Origin: Planctomycetota bacterium
Lineage (GTDB): Bacteria > Planctomycetota > SZUA-567 > H5-PLA8
NCBI GenBank assembly: GCA_045863855.1
Contig: BTVV01000015.1
Location: forward strand, 16,259 to 80,258
Length of the DNA: 64,000 nt
Direction of reading: 5' to 3'
In this document: positions 27,359 to 36,769 of the stretch, piece by piece
How positions within the stretch are numbered: position 1 is the stretch's first letter
How the letters are laid out: every line of letters begins with the position of its first letter
The notes under the pieces: generated by a model
Database searches by the model: none
What the model saw: the letters and a program-made list of their open reading frames with translations, nothing else
What the model was told of the DNA's origin: nothing
Made by a program: the position numbers and the translations under genes

Positions 27359-28378
27359 ATGCCGCCCGCCACCGTTGATCTGCCGGTCGCCGCGCCCGCG
27401 GAACTGGGTGTCGATCCCCGCGTCCTCGAGGAGCGCTTGGCGCCGCTGCTGGGCGCGCACAAGACCGGCGCGGCGGCCTTGCTGGTGCAGGGCAAGCTGG
27501 TCTGGGAGCGCTACTGGGACGGGCACGGCCCGGAGACGGCGTTCGACGTGTATTCGATCGGGAAGGCCTATGCGGCGGTGGCCGTCGGGCTGCTGATCGG
27601 CGACAGCGCGCTGGCGCTCGACGACCCGGCCTGCCGCATCCTGCCCGAATGGCAACGCGAAGGGCACCGCGAGATCACGATTCGCCACCTGCTCACGATG
27701 ACGTCGGGCTTGCGCCTCGATTTCGAAACGTTCACGGCCTCGGAAGACCCCACCGCCGCGGTGCTGGCCTGGCCGTTGGATCACCGGCCCGGGACGGTCT
27801 GGTGCTACGAGCAAGCCACCGTTCAGGCGCTCTGCCCGATCGTGAAGCGGCTGACGGGCAAGCAGCCGATCGAGTTCCTGCGCGAGCGGGTGCTGGGGCC
27901 GATCGGGGCGGGAAGCGTCGAGTGGCTGCGCGCGAAGAACGGAGATTGCAAAACCTGGCGGAGCACGCTGACCTCGGCGCGGGATCTGTGCAAGTTCGGC
28001 TGGCTGCTCTGCCGCGACGGCGCGTGGAACGGGCGGCCCCTGGTCGATCCGGGATTCTGTAAGGCGATGCGCACGCAGGATCCGCTCTTCGCCCATATCG
28101 CGTGCCTTTCGGAAAAGCAGGAACTCAAGTCGCGCAACTACGGCTACCTGCAATACCTCAACGTGAACAAGCTTTGGCCGGACGCCGATCCGCGCGCGTT
28201 CGCGCCGCTGGGCGCGTACGCCAACATGTGTCTGATCGATCCGGCGCGGGGTTTCGTTCTGGCGCGGATGGTCACGCCGGCGGGCCTCGACGACCATAAG
28301 GCGTATTCGAACGGTCTGGATGTGACGAGCGGCGGGACGAACGAGGTTTGGAAAGCGGTGCAGGCGGCGCTGGCTTAA
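27359..28378 (+). CDS. serine hydrolase, beta-lactamase family
   Basis: SIGK (SxxK), ITIRHLLTMTSGL, PGTVWCY, SARDLCKFG. Confidence 0.88.
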   Translation: MPPATVDLPVAAPAELGVDPRVLEERLAPLLGAHKTGAAALLVQGKLVWERYWDGHGPETAFDVYSIGKAYAAVAVGLLIGDSALALDDPACRILPEWQREGHREITIRHLLTMTSGLRLDFETFTASEDPTAAVLAWPLDHRPGTVWCYEQATVQALCPIVKRLTGKQPIEFLRERVLGPIGAGSVEWLRAKNGDCKTWRSTLTSARDLCKFGWLLCRDGAWNGRPLVDPGFCKAMRTQDPLFAHIACLSEKQELKSRNYGYLQYLNVNKLWPDADPRAFAPLGAYANMCLIDPARGFVLARMVTPAGLDDHKAYSNGLDVTSGGTNEVWKAVQAALA

Positions 28379-29058
28379 CGCTCCCATGCCAGAGTCGGCG
28401 GCAGGCCGAAGGCCGGGGCGAGGCTGCGGAAGACCATGGCGTGGCCGACGGCGTTCGTGTGCACCGCGTCGGCCATCAGTTCCGGCATGCGTAATTCGCC
28501 GGCGGCTTCCAGCGCGCACCAATGCGCGTAGACGTCCACGAAGGGCAGCTCGCGCCGGGCGGCCAGTTCGCGAATCTGTTCCACGCGGCGCTTGAGCTTG
28601 TGGTCTTCCTTCCAGATGTGCCCCGGTTCGGGTTTGAACTCTAGGATCGGCGTGGGCGTGCGCAGCAGGACGCCGCAGGAGAGGGCTTGGAGGCGGTCGA
28701 CGATTTCGGCGAGGCCCTCCGCGAATTCGGCGTCGTCGAGCTTGTTGGCGTCGTTGCTGCCGAAACAGACGATGGCCAGCGTGGGCATGAAGCGGGCGAC
28801 ATCGGTGTGCCAGCGTTGGAGCGCGTTGTGGACGGTGTCGCCGCTGATGCCGCTGTTGACGAGCAGGATTTTCTGGGTCTGGTAACGGTCGCGCAGTTCG
28901 CTGTGCAGCAGTTCGGGCCATTGCTTGGCGCCGCGCGTGAAGCCGGTGTTGCAGGTGTTGGAGTCGCCCAGCGCCAGCAGCAGGGCGTGCTTGCCTTCGC
29001 GCAGCCAGGCGCCGAACGCGGCGAGGGACTCGGTGCGCTGCATGAAGGGGTGGCTCAT
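28375..29058 (-). CDS. SGNH/GDSL hydrolase
   Basis: LGDSNT, NSGISG, FGSND, DAVH. Confidence 0.9.
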   Translation of the reverse strand: MSHPFMQRTESLAAFGAWLREGKHALLLALGDSNTCNTGFTRGAKQWPELLHSELRDRYQTQKILLVNSGISGDTVHNALQRWHTDVARFMPTLAIVCFGSNDANKLDDAEFAEGLAEIVDRLQALSCGVLLRTPTPILEFKPEPGHIWKEDHKLKRRVEQIRELAARRELPFVDVYAHWCALEAAGELRMPELMADAVHTNAVGHAMVFRSLAPAFGLPPTLAWER

Positions 29059-29393
29059 GGCGTGTTCCTGGCGCGCCGGGTGCGCTTGCGCGAGGCCTTG
29101 CCCAGCCGCTTGTGTAACTCCACGGGATCGCGCATACCGTGAAAGACGCTCACCACGACCAGATGCTCCCGAGTTGGATAATAGTAGACGCCATACCTCG
29201 AGAATTTCCTCAGCCGTTGCTTGCGGATTGGGCCTTCCACTTTGGGAAAGCTATTCGGAGTGGCCGCCGCTTCCAGGACACAGGCATCCAGTTCATGCGG
29301 AAATTGAGCGGCCAGTTTCGTGTCTTGGCCCAGGTACCAGTCGCGAGCTTCGCAGGCATCCTGTAGCGCGGCAGGCAGCCAATGTATGACCAT
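29055..29393 (-). CDS. RelE/ParE family toxin
   Basis: W.P.A..D..EA..WY and LRKFSRYGVYY...VVVSVFHGMRDP. Confidence 0.85.
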   Translation of the reverse strand: MVIHWLPAALQDACEARDWYLGQDTKLAAQFPHELDACVLEAAATPNSFPKVEGPIRKQRLRKFSRYGVYYYPTREHLVVVSVFHGMRDPVELHKRLGKASRKRTRRARNTP

Positions 29394-29394
29394 G

Positions 29395-29619
29395 TTAACG
29401 TTTGTGGCGCAGCTTATTCATGGCCTGCTCGTGCGGAATCACATCGGCGGGGTGCTTGCGGTAGGCTTTGAGTCTCCTTCTAAGCTCCACTCGCTGTGCC
29501 TGGGCCGGCCCATCCTCCGCGCATTCGGTCTTCACGCGGGCCAAGATCTCTTGCGCCAACCGCTTCTGATCCCCAAGGCTCAGCATAAGCGCCTGTTGCA
29601 GCACCGCTTGCCGGGTCAT
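29395..29619 (-). CDS. addiction-module antitoxin
   Basis: VLQQALMLS..QKRLAQEI and ELRRRLKAY...IPHEQA; directly upstream of the toxin. Confidence 0.8.
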   Translation of the reverse strand: MTRQAVLQQALMLSLGDQKRLAQEILARVKTECAEDGPAQAQRVELRRRLKAYRKHPADVIPHEQAMNKLRHKR

Positions 29620-29705
29620 GAAACGTTCCCTTTCGTTCGTCCGTCCGACTCGAAGAATATCTGATGAATTGGAGGGCGTCCAGACGCCGCATGCCGGCAG
29701 GAACG

Positions 29706-31490
29706 CTACCCTTCGACCGATAGCCGAGCTGTAGCAATTTCATAACGCACCCGCTGGTCGTTTACTTCGAGCGAGAACGTATCGTCGTGCCAAGCGCTCG
29801 CCACGCGCGGCGCACCGAAGGTGAGCAGCATGGGATGAACCGCGTGGACGCGGTCGTAGAGGTGCCGCCAGCTCAGCGTGCGGATCGGCCCGCGGAAATC
29901 CCACTCTTTCGCCTGGACCGGCGCGGCGTCGGTGAAGCGGTGGACGCTCAGCGTGGCGGTGCGGCCTTCCAGGAGCAGGCGTTCCCCGTCCATGCGCCAA
30001 GGGAGGCGCGTCTGGAGATGCCAGCGCGCGCCGGCGCGAAGGGTGCCGCGCCCGCGCAGGTCGTCGAGGACGAGCAGATGGGTGTCGTCGAGCAAGACGA
30101 GATGGCGCAGCGCGCGATCGGTCGCATGCGGGAAGGCGGCCTGGAGGTCGCAGGTGATGCGGAAGCCGCGTTCGAGCGCCAGGATATTTTTTAAGGGCGC
30201 CGTGGCCGCGTCGCAGCCTTCCTGGCCGCGCACGGTGAACATGTTGTGCTGGCTGGTGGCGCTCATGCCGTAGCCGGGATCGCAGAGAAAGCGTTCGGTT
30301 CCGCGGCCCAGGATGATCTGGCCGAGGTCTTTCTGGTTGTGGTTTCCGCCGTTCCATCCGCCGCGGAGCGCGAACCAGGTTTGGGGTCCGTGGCAGACGG
30401 CCCAGTCGAGGCCGCGGTAATGCCGCAAGCCGCCGCGCTTCGGCGGGGCGCTCGGTTGATGCGCTTCGCGAAACCAGAACGCTTCGATATCGAAGAATAC
30501 GCCGTGCGTATCTTCCCACTTGCGGTGGATGTGGGCTTGCTCCTGGAATCCGGCCCATTCCGGCCGATTTATGCGGCGCGCCCACCAGAAGACGTGGGGC
30601 AAGCCCCATTCGGTGGTGTCGTCGTTGATGTTGCTGAAGTTCAGCGGGCGCTTATCGCCGCCTTCGAATACGGACCAGCTTTCGATCGCCGCGTGGAAAC
30701 GCTCGTTGGCGAGCAGGCCCAGGTCGTCGCCGGTGAGGCGCTGGAGGGCGACGACGAAATCGGTCAGGTGGCCGACGGTGGTGCCGAGGTACATCATGCC
30801 TTCGGTCCAGCCGCCGCCTTCGGGGAAGTTATCGATCACGTGGCGCAGGCGGTCGCGCGCTTCGGCGACGACGCGCGCGGAGAGGCCGGGTTCGGCGTGC
30901 CGCAGCGCCAGCGCCGCGAAGCCGGCGTTCCCGTGCAGCGCCGAGCCCCAGTTGAAGTTGCAGCGTTCCCACCAGTCGTGGCGTTCGAGGCCTTTCAAGT
31001 ACGCATCGAGTCCCGTATCGCGCAGGACGGCGACGCAGCGGGCTTTGAGTTCGGCGTCGAGGTACGGATCGAGCGCGTCGAGCGCGAACGCGACGGTGTA
31101 AAGCAGATCGCCCGTATGCAGGTTGGCTCCGCGCAGGAAATCGCCGTTCACGGGACGCCAGTCGTGCGACCGGAAGGCGAGTTCGAGGGTTTCCTTGGCG
31201 AAGGCCAGGTGCCGCTGGTCGCGCGTCAGGTACCACGCGACGGTGGCGCGCTGGATGCGGTTTTTGAGGACGCGGCACGGAAAATCGGCGCGCGGCTGCG
31301 GCGTGCCGAGATACCACGGCACGTCGGTGGGATCGCCCGGCGCATGTTCGCGGGCCAGGCGGTCCAAGGCTTCGAGGTTGTTTTCGTGGAGTCGCTGGAA
31401 GTAGGGATCGCGCAGCTTCTCGGGCAACGCCTCCCACTCCGCGCCGGTGAGCAGCAGCGCGGGAGCGGGGAGGCCGAGGGCGGTTGCCAT
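29706..31490 (-). CDS. heparinase II/III-like polysaccharide lyase
   Basis: NW, GGWTEGMMY, NHNQKDLG, LCDPGY, HN. Confidence 0.85.
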   Translation of the reverse strand: MATALGLPAPALLLTGAEWEALPEKLRDPYFQRLHENNLEALDRLAREHAPGDPTDVPWYLGTPQPRADFPCRVLKNRIQRATVAWYLTRDQRHLAFAKETLELAFRSHDWRPVNGDFLRGANLHTGDLLYTVAFALDALDPYLDAELKARCVAVLRDTGLDAYLKGLERHDWWERCNFNWGSALHGNAGFAALALRHAEPGLSARVVAEARDRLRHVIDNFPEGGGWTEGMMYLGTTVGHLTDFVVALQRLTGDDLGLLANERFHAAIESWSVFEGGDKRPLNFSNINDDTTEWGLPHVFWWARRINRPEWAGFQEQAHIHRKWEDTHGVFFDIEAFWFREAHQPSAPPKRGGLRHYRGLDWAVCHGPQTWFALRGGWNGGNHNQKDLGQIILGRGTERFLCDPGYGMSATSQHNMFTVRGQEGCDAATAPLKNILALERGFRITCDLQAAFPHATDRALRHLVLLDDTHLLVLDDLRGRGTLRAGARWHLQTRLPWRMDGERLLLEGRTATLSVHRFTDAAPVQAKEWDFRGPIRTLSWRHLYDRVHAVHPMLLTFGAPRVASAWHDDTFSLEVNDQRVRYEIATARLSVEG

Positions 31491-31496
31491 GAATCG

Positions 31497-32675
31497 TTAC
31501 TTTCGCTTCGCTTTGGATTTTTTCTTCGGCTTGGCTTTCGGCTTGGGTTTGGATTTGGCGGTGGTCTGGCCGCGCCCGATGCTGGTGGCGATCAACTTCT
31601 TCATCAGAGCGTCGTAGGCGGCGCGGTTGACGGGGAGCTTGACCGGTTTTCCGGTGCGGCTGGAGAGGATCATCGCGTTGGCCAGTTCGAGGCTGTTGCG
31701 GGCGTCTTCTCCGGTGACGGCCGGCCGCGAATTCGTATCCAGCGCGCGGTGGAAATCGTGGAAGACGCGCGTGTGCCCCTGCACACCGGGCTCGCCGAGC
31801 GCGACTTCTTCCCACGCGGCTTCGGGCTGGCTCCATTTTTTGTCGGTGGTGGCGGTGAAGTGGCGCAAATCCTCTTTCAGGCGGGCGAAGCGGAGCTTGT
31901 CGCCTTCGAGGATCAGCTTGCCTTTGTCTCCGGCGATTTCGATGCGCTGGTCGCGCGGGATTTCGCAGGTGGAGGCGTACAGGTAGCCGATGGCGCCGTT
32001 GGCGTACCAGAGCAGCGCGTTGGCGCAGTCTTCGACTTCGATGGGGTGCATCTTCGTCTCGGTCTTGGCGTAGATCTCGCTGGGCATGGCTCCGCAGATC
32101 CACTGGAACAGGTCGAGGTCGTGGGGCGCCTGGTTGAGCAGCACGCCGCCACCCTCACCCTTCCAGGTGGCGCGCCATCCGGCGGAGGCGTAGTAGGCGT
32201 TGGTGCGGTAGTCGGCGGCGACGAGGAGGGTGCGGTTTACTCGGCCCAGCGCGCCGGACGCGACGAGTTCGCGGGCCTTGGCGAGCGCCGGACGAAAGCG
32301 CTGCTGATAGACCACGGCCAGCGTGGTCTTGGCTTTCTTGTGCGCCGCGATCATGCGGTCGGCGTCGCTGACGGTCACCGCGATCGGCTTTTCGCTGAGC
32401 ACGTGGACGCCGGCCTTCGCGGCGTCGATGGCGATGGGCGGGTGAAACCAGTGCGGCGTGGCGATGGAGACGGCCTTGATTTGCGGGTCGGCCTTGAACA
32501 TGGCCTTGTGGTCGGTGTAGGCGGCCACGCCGAGTTCTTTACCGCACGCTTCGGCGGCCTGCGCGTTGACGTCGCAGACGGCGCGCAGTTCGAAGCCGGG
32601 GGTATCCTTCGCCGCCTGAAGATGCGAGCGGCCCACGCCGCTGATCCCGATCACCGCGATGCCGATTTTGCCCAC
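31497..32675 (-). CDS. Gfo/Idh/MocA oxidoreductase
   Basis: IATPHWFH, HVLSEKP, GGGVLLNQAPHDLD. Confidence 0.93.
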   Translation of the reverse strand: MGKIGIAVIGISGVGRSHLQAAKDTPGFELRAVCDVNAQAAEACGKELGVAAYTDHKAMFKADPQIKAVSIATPHWFHPPIAIDAAKAGVHVLSEKPIAVTVSDADRMIAAHKKAKTTLAVVYQQRFRPALAKARELVASGALGRVNRTLLVAADYRTNAYYASAGWRATWKGEGGGVLLNQAPHDLDLFQWICGAMPSEIYAKTETKMHPIEVEDCANALLWYANGAIGYLYASTCEIPRDQRIEIAGDKGKLILEGDKLRFARLKEDLRHFTATTDKKWSQPEAAWEEVALGEPGVQGHTRVFHDFHRALDTNSRPAVTGEDARNSLELANAMILSSRTGKPVKLPVNRAAYDALMKKLIATSIGRGQTTAKSKPKPKAKPKKKSKAKRK

Positions 32676-32803
32676 GGATGCTGGCCTCCTGAAGGTGAAA
32701 GCCCGCGCTCTTCCGGACGCCCGGACGCGCGCAGGACGAAAAATCGTTATGGATGGGAAAGCTTAAAGCGTTCCGTGGCGCTTTCCACGCCAAGGCGCGG
32801 GGG

Positions 32804-35731
32804 TTATTCCGCGACCACCCAGGTTTCGTCCGGGTTGTACTCGGTCATCGCGCGGCAGATCTCGTCGGTCTGAGCGCCGCAATCCTTCTGGTACACGGTG
32901 CCGGTGTTGTTGATGATGAACGTGTTGCGTCCGGTGTCGTTCCAGCGTGCGGGCCAGGCCACCAGCGCGTACCCAATCGTCATGTTCTCGCCGCCTGAAT
33001 ACAGCCGCTGTCCGCCCGGCGCCTGCGCGCCTTGGCCCTTGAGCACCTTGAAGTAATACCCGGCCTTCGGCGCGGCAGTGCCCGCGTCGGTCGAAGCTTG
33101 GGCAAAGGCGTGATCGACGAGGGTCAGGTCGCCTTGGCCGGCTTCGATCTCGTACAGGCTGTGCTTTCCGGTGATGGTTTGCGCGTACTCGAGCACGCCA
33201 TCCTGGTCGTAATCGGTGCGGCGGTAGATGTCCTGTGCTTCGGCGTACATCTTGCATGCGGCGATGGCGGCGCTTTCGTTGGCGGCCAAGCGGCTGCGCA
33301 GGAGGTTCGGAATGGCGACGGCGGCGATCACCGCGACGCCGGCGGTGAGCAAGGCCGGCGAGATGCTGCCCGGATATTCGGGGCTGGGCGCGGGCAACTC
33401 GCTGCGCCAGACCCAGCCCTGCTCGTTCATCTGGAGCAGCGCGCCCGACGGCAACTGCCACGCGCGGAAGAAGCCTTCGTCGGGCCACAGCCCCAAGTCC
33501 ACCGAACGCATGAGGCGCAGCGCCGTGCGCCCCGCGGCTTCGCGTTCCATTCCGCTGAACGGATTGAGCTGGTTCAACGGCTCCATTTCATGCCCGTTTT
33601 CTTCATTCGGCAGGTCGGCTTCTTTCCAATCCCCGTCGAGGTTGTAAGCGTCCCACTTCGCGGCCAGTTCGGCTGTTTTTTCGCCCAAGTCTTTGGCGTA
33701 CAGGGCGCCCGTGTTGTTGATCTGGTAGCAACGCGTGCCGGATTTCCCGTATTCCGCCGGATAGGCGAAGAGGGCGTACCCGATGGTCATGTTCTCGCCG
33801 ACGAGGTAGGGCTTCGGACCGCCGGGGACCTGTTCTCCGGCTTGGCCTTTGAGCACCTTAAATCGATAGCCGTGGAATGCGCCGGTCTCGTTGGGCTTGC
33901 CGTCGGCTTCGGCCATTTTCTGTTCGATGAGCACGAGATCGGCCGCACCGGGCGTGATTTCCAACAGGCTGTTCGCGCCGCGCAGGGCTTGCGCGTATTC
34001 GAGGATGCCGTCGCCGTCGTAGTCGGTGCGCCGGTAGATGTCCTGCGCTTCGGCGTAGGCCTTGCAGGCCGTCGCGGCCGCTCTTTCGTTCGCGGCGGTA
34101 TCCCCGGCCGGCGCTTCGGCGAGTCCCGGCCATTCGGAGAGCACAGCGAGCGCGCCGCCGGCTCCGAGCAGACCCAGGCCGCTGAGGATCAGGCTGCCGG
34201 TTCCCTTGCCCCGGTCGGCGGCGTAAGCGAACTGCGCGGGAAGCTTCGCGGGATCGAAGGGCTGGCCCGTCAGGCGCGCGATCGTTTCCTGGAAGCCGGA
34301 GTGATCGACGATCGACTCCTTGCGTTCGAGCTGATCCAGCCCGCGCCGCAAGGCGTTCACCGTCGTGCCGTAATACAACCGGTCGCCCAGCACGATGAAC
34401 GCTCCGGGGCCGGCCCCGACGAGGCCGTCGCTGATGTAGTGCATGGTCTTGTCTTTGTAGGGCACCGGTTTGAGCGAGAATTGCGAGAGTTGGCCTTGCG
34501 TGATTTGCGCCAGCGCGCCGACGGCTTTCTTGAGCGCCGCATCCACGCGCGCCGGGTCCTTCAGCTTCACCGCCAAGACCAGCCCCGGTACGAGGCTGAT
34601 CGGGGCGGAAGTGTCCACTTCGGTCTGAGCGGTCACGATTTCGGTATCGAAATTCGCGAGCAGGTCGGCTTGCACGTCGATGCCCAACAGATTCTGAATC
34701 ATCGCGAGACCGGCATCGAAGTGCTGTTCGAATTTCGGCTCGACCGCGAGCGTAACCGAGCGGAGCAGCGGGATCAGCTTGGACGCGTCGAAGTGCGAGA
34801 CGGCCACGTACGGTGCGTTTTTCTCCGCGATCTTCAGGCTCTCGGCGGCGACGGGCGTACCCGCGGGCCAGAGCGCGCAAAAGCCCGCGCCGGGCGCGCC
34901 CAGCTTCATGGCGCCGCGGATTTCGACCCGCTCGTTCTTGAAGCCCAGGCCCGTGCCCAAAGCTTGCCACGAGTCCATGCCCAGCGCTTTCAGCGCCTGC
35001 GCGACCATGCGCGCATCCCGATCCGCTCCCAGCGGTGTCTGCTGGAAGACGAAGTCCATAATCCGGGCGGGCGCCAGGTAGCTCCAGGCCTGCGGCGAAT
35101 CCAGGCTTTGCTGCACGGAGACGAATGCCGGCGCCTGCGCGAGCGTGCCGGCCTGGCGCGCCGCCGGATCGGTGGCGCGCTGCTGCACGAGCGGCAGATC
35201 TTCCTGGGGCACGACGAGCATCACTTGGCCTGCGCTGAAGACCAGCGCCGGGGCATCCGGCTCCAGGCCCAAGGGCATCGGGTTGCCGCCCAGCAGCGCT
35301 TCCTGCATCGGCGGCGGCACCAGGCGCTTAAAGGCTTCCAGATCCTTGGGCTTCAGGGCGATCAACAGGCCCACCGGCATGCGCGGGTTGTCGCGCGTGT
35401 AGAGCCCCACCAGGAGCCCGCCGCTTAAAAGGCCCGCGTCGATATCGGCGAGCTTGGGCAGGATCGGCTGCTTGGCGGCGAATTCCTCGTATATCGTGCG
35501 CATTTCGGCGCAGGCGGGCGCGCAGAAGGCCTGCATCTCGGGCTGAGCGAACATCTGGCCCAACTTGGTCTGCGCGAGCTGTCCGCGCGCCGTGGCCAGA
35601 TCGGGGGCCAGGACCGCGAAGACGGTCGATTCAGGGAGCAGCGCTTCCGGTTTGAGGTCGTCCGCGCCGCGCAGGCCTGCGCAGGCGAAGGCCAGGACAA
35701 CCAACGCGCCAAGTATCGATCGTGCGAACAT
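32804..35731 (-). CDS. large secreted protein: DUF3352-like N-terminus plus two DUF2950-like domains
   Basis: Signal peptide; twice NE.AA..ACK.YAEAQDIYRRTDYD.DG.LEYAQ...GY.FKVLKGQ..PGG...MTIGYAL.A.PA...INNTG..Y.KD; pilin-like IAAVAIPNLLRSR. Confidence 0.8.
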   Translation of the reverse strand: MFARSILGALVVLAFACAGLRGADDLKPEALLPESTVFAVLAPDLATARGQLAQTKLGQMFAQPEMQAFCAPACAEMRTIYEEFAAKQPILPKLADIDAGLLSGGLLVGLYTRDNPRMPVGLLIALKPKDLEAFKRLVPPPMQEALLGGNPMPLGLEPDAPALVFSAGQVMLVVPQEDLPLVQQRATDPAARQAGTLAQAPAFVSVQQSLDSPQAWSYLAPARIMDFVFQQTPLGADRDARMVAQALKALGMDSWQALGTGLGFKNERVEIRGAMKLGAPGAGFCALWPAGTPVAAESLKIAEKNAPYVAVSHFDASKLIPLLRSVTLAVEPKFEQHFDAGLAMIQNLLGIDVQADLLANFDTEIVTAQTEVDTSAPISLVPGLVLAVKLKDPARVDAALKKAVGALAQITQGQLSQFSLKPVPYKDKTMHYISDGLVGAGPGAFIVLGDRLYYGTTVNALRRGLDQLERKESIVDHSGFQETIARLTGQPFDPAKLPAQFAYAADRGKGTGSLILSGLGLLGAGGALAVLSEWPGLAEAPAGDTAANERAAATACKAYAEAQDIYRRTDYDGDGILEYAQALRGANSLLEITPGAADLVLIEQKMAEADGKPNETGAFHGYRFKVLKGQAGEQVPGGPKPYLVGENMTIGYALFAYPAEYGKSGTRCYQINNTGALYAKDLGEKTAELAAKWDAYNLDGDWKEADLPNEENGHEMEPLNQLNPFSGMEREAAGRTALRLMRSVDLGLWPDEGFFRAWQLPSGALLQMNEQGWVWRSELPAPSPEYPGSISPALLTAGVAVIAAVAIPNLLRSRLAANESAAIAACKMYAEAQDIYRRTDYDQDGVLEYAQTITGKHSLYEIEAGQGDLTLVDHAFAQASTDAGTAAPKAGYYFKVLKGQGAQAPGGQRLYSGGENMTIGYALVAWPARWNDTGRNTFIINNTGTVYQKDCGAQTDEICRAMTEYNPDETWVVAE

Positions 35732-35829
35732 GGGTCAAGCTCCTGTTCAGGCGTGTGCAAAGCGGTTCATACGCAAGGGCATGAAATGGATATGTTTTAC
35801 GCGTTTGCGCGGCGACCTTTCGATCTTTG

Positions 35830-36636
35830 CTATTCGGGGCCGTGCCTTCGCGAAGGCTTATAGCGGCAGAATCCGCGCGGGCTGGGCTGGGATAGAAATT
35901 CCACCCAATGCGCCACCGCCGGCGAGGTAAACTCCGCGCGCAGCCGTTCCAGCGCTCCGGGCAGGTCCAGGCCGCTGCGGTACAGGATACGGTACGCTTC
36001 CTTCAGTTGCGTACGGTCCTCCGGCGTCAGGACCGGGCTGCGGCGCAGGCCGACGCTGTTCAAGCTCGTCACGCTGTTGGTTCCGTCGCCGATCAGGTAG
36101 GGCGGAACGTCCATGCCGAATCGCGAGCCGCCCGAGAGGATCGCGAGCCGGCCCACGCGGACGAATTGGTGGATCACCACGTTTCCGCTGACGATCGCGC
36201 CGTCGCCGATCTGGACGTGTCCGGCCAGTTGCGCGCCATTGGCGAGCATCACGCGGTCGCCGAGCACGCAGTTGTGGGCCACGTGGCTCCCGGCCATCAG
36301 GAAGCAGTCGTCGCCGACTCGGGTCGCGGTGCCTTCGCCGGTCGAGCGGTGGATGGTGACGTTTTCGCGCACGACCGTCCGCGCGCCGATGGTCGCGCGC
36401 GTGGGCTCATCCTTATAGGAGCGGTCCTGCGGCGTGTGGCCCAGGACGGCGCCCATGTGAATGACGCAGGCCGGGCCCAACTCGGCTTGCCCGCAGACGT
36501 AGGTGTGCGCCATCAACCGGGTGCCCGCGCCGATCTTGGCGCCGGCTTCGACGACCGCGAACGGGCCGACCTCGACGTTGTCGCCGAGTTCGGCGCGCGG
36601 GTCGACCAGCGCGGACGGATGAATGCGTGTGCTCAT
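35830..36636 (-). CDS. lpxA: UDP-N-acetylglucosamine O-acyltransferase
   Basis: IHPSALVDP, PQD, VRENVTIHRST, SHVAHNC, LAGHV, HQF, DVPPY, LNSVGLRR. Confidence 0.9.
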   Translation of the reverse strand: MSTRIHPSALVDPRAELGDNVEVGPFAVVEAGAKIGAGTRLMAHTYVCGQAELGPACVIHMGAVLGHTPQDRSYKDEPTRATIGARTVVRENVTIHRSTGEGTATRVGDDCFLMAGSHVAHNCVLGDRVMLANGAQLAGHVQIGDGAIVSGNVVIHQFVRVGRLAILSGGSRFGMDVPPYLIGDGTNSVTSLNSVGLRRSPVLTPEDRTQLKEAYRILYRSGLDLPGALERLRAEFTSPAVAHWVEFLSQPSPRGFCRYKPSRRHGPE

Positions 36637-36769
36637 GTCCCGGCGAGTTTCGCACCTTGGCCCCGCCCGGCAAGTGCCGGGAATGGCGCAGGCCGGACGG
36701 GCCGTCGAGCTTCGAAGGCCGTCAAGGCGCGCTCGCCGAAGCGCGGGCGGCCAGTATCATGGACGGAGC

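Noticed and set aside
10685..32873. Long shadow ORFs (e.g. 10685-12994, 14802-16745, 16831-19644, 30246-32873)
   Set aside because: Arg/Pro/Ala-rich alternative-frame or antisense products typical of high-GC DNA, overlapping genes with clear motifs.
32810..34095. Duplicated domain as a DGR template/variable repeat pair
   Set aside because: Differences are not adenine-specific, both copies are in-frame coding, and there is no reverse transcriptase.
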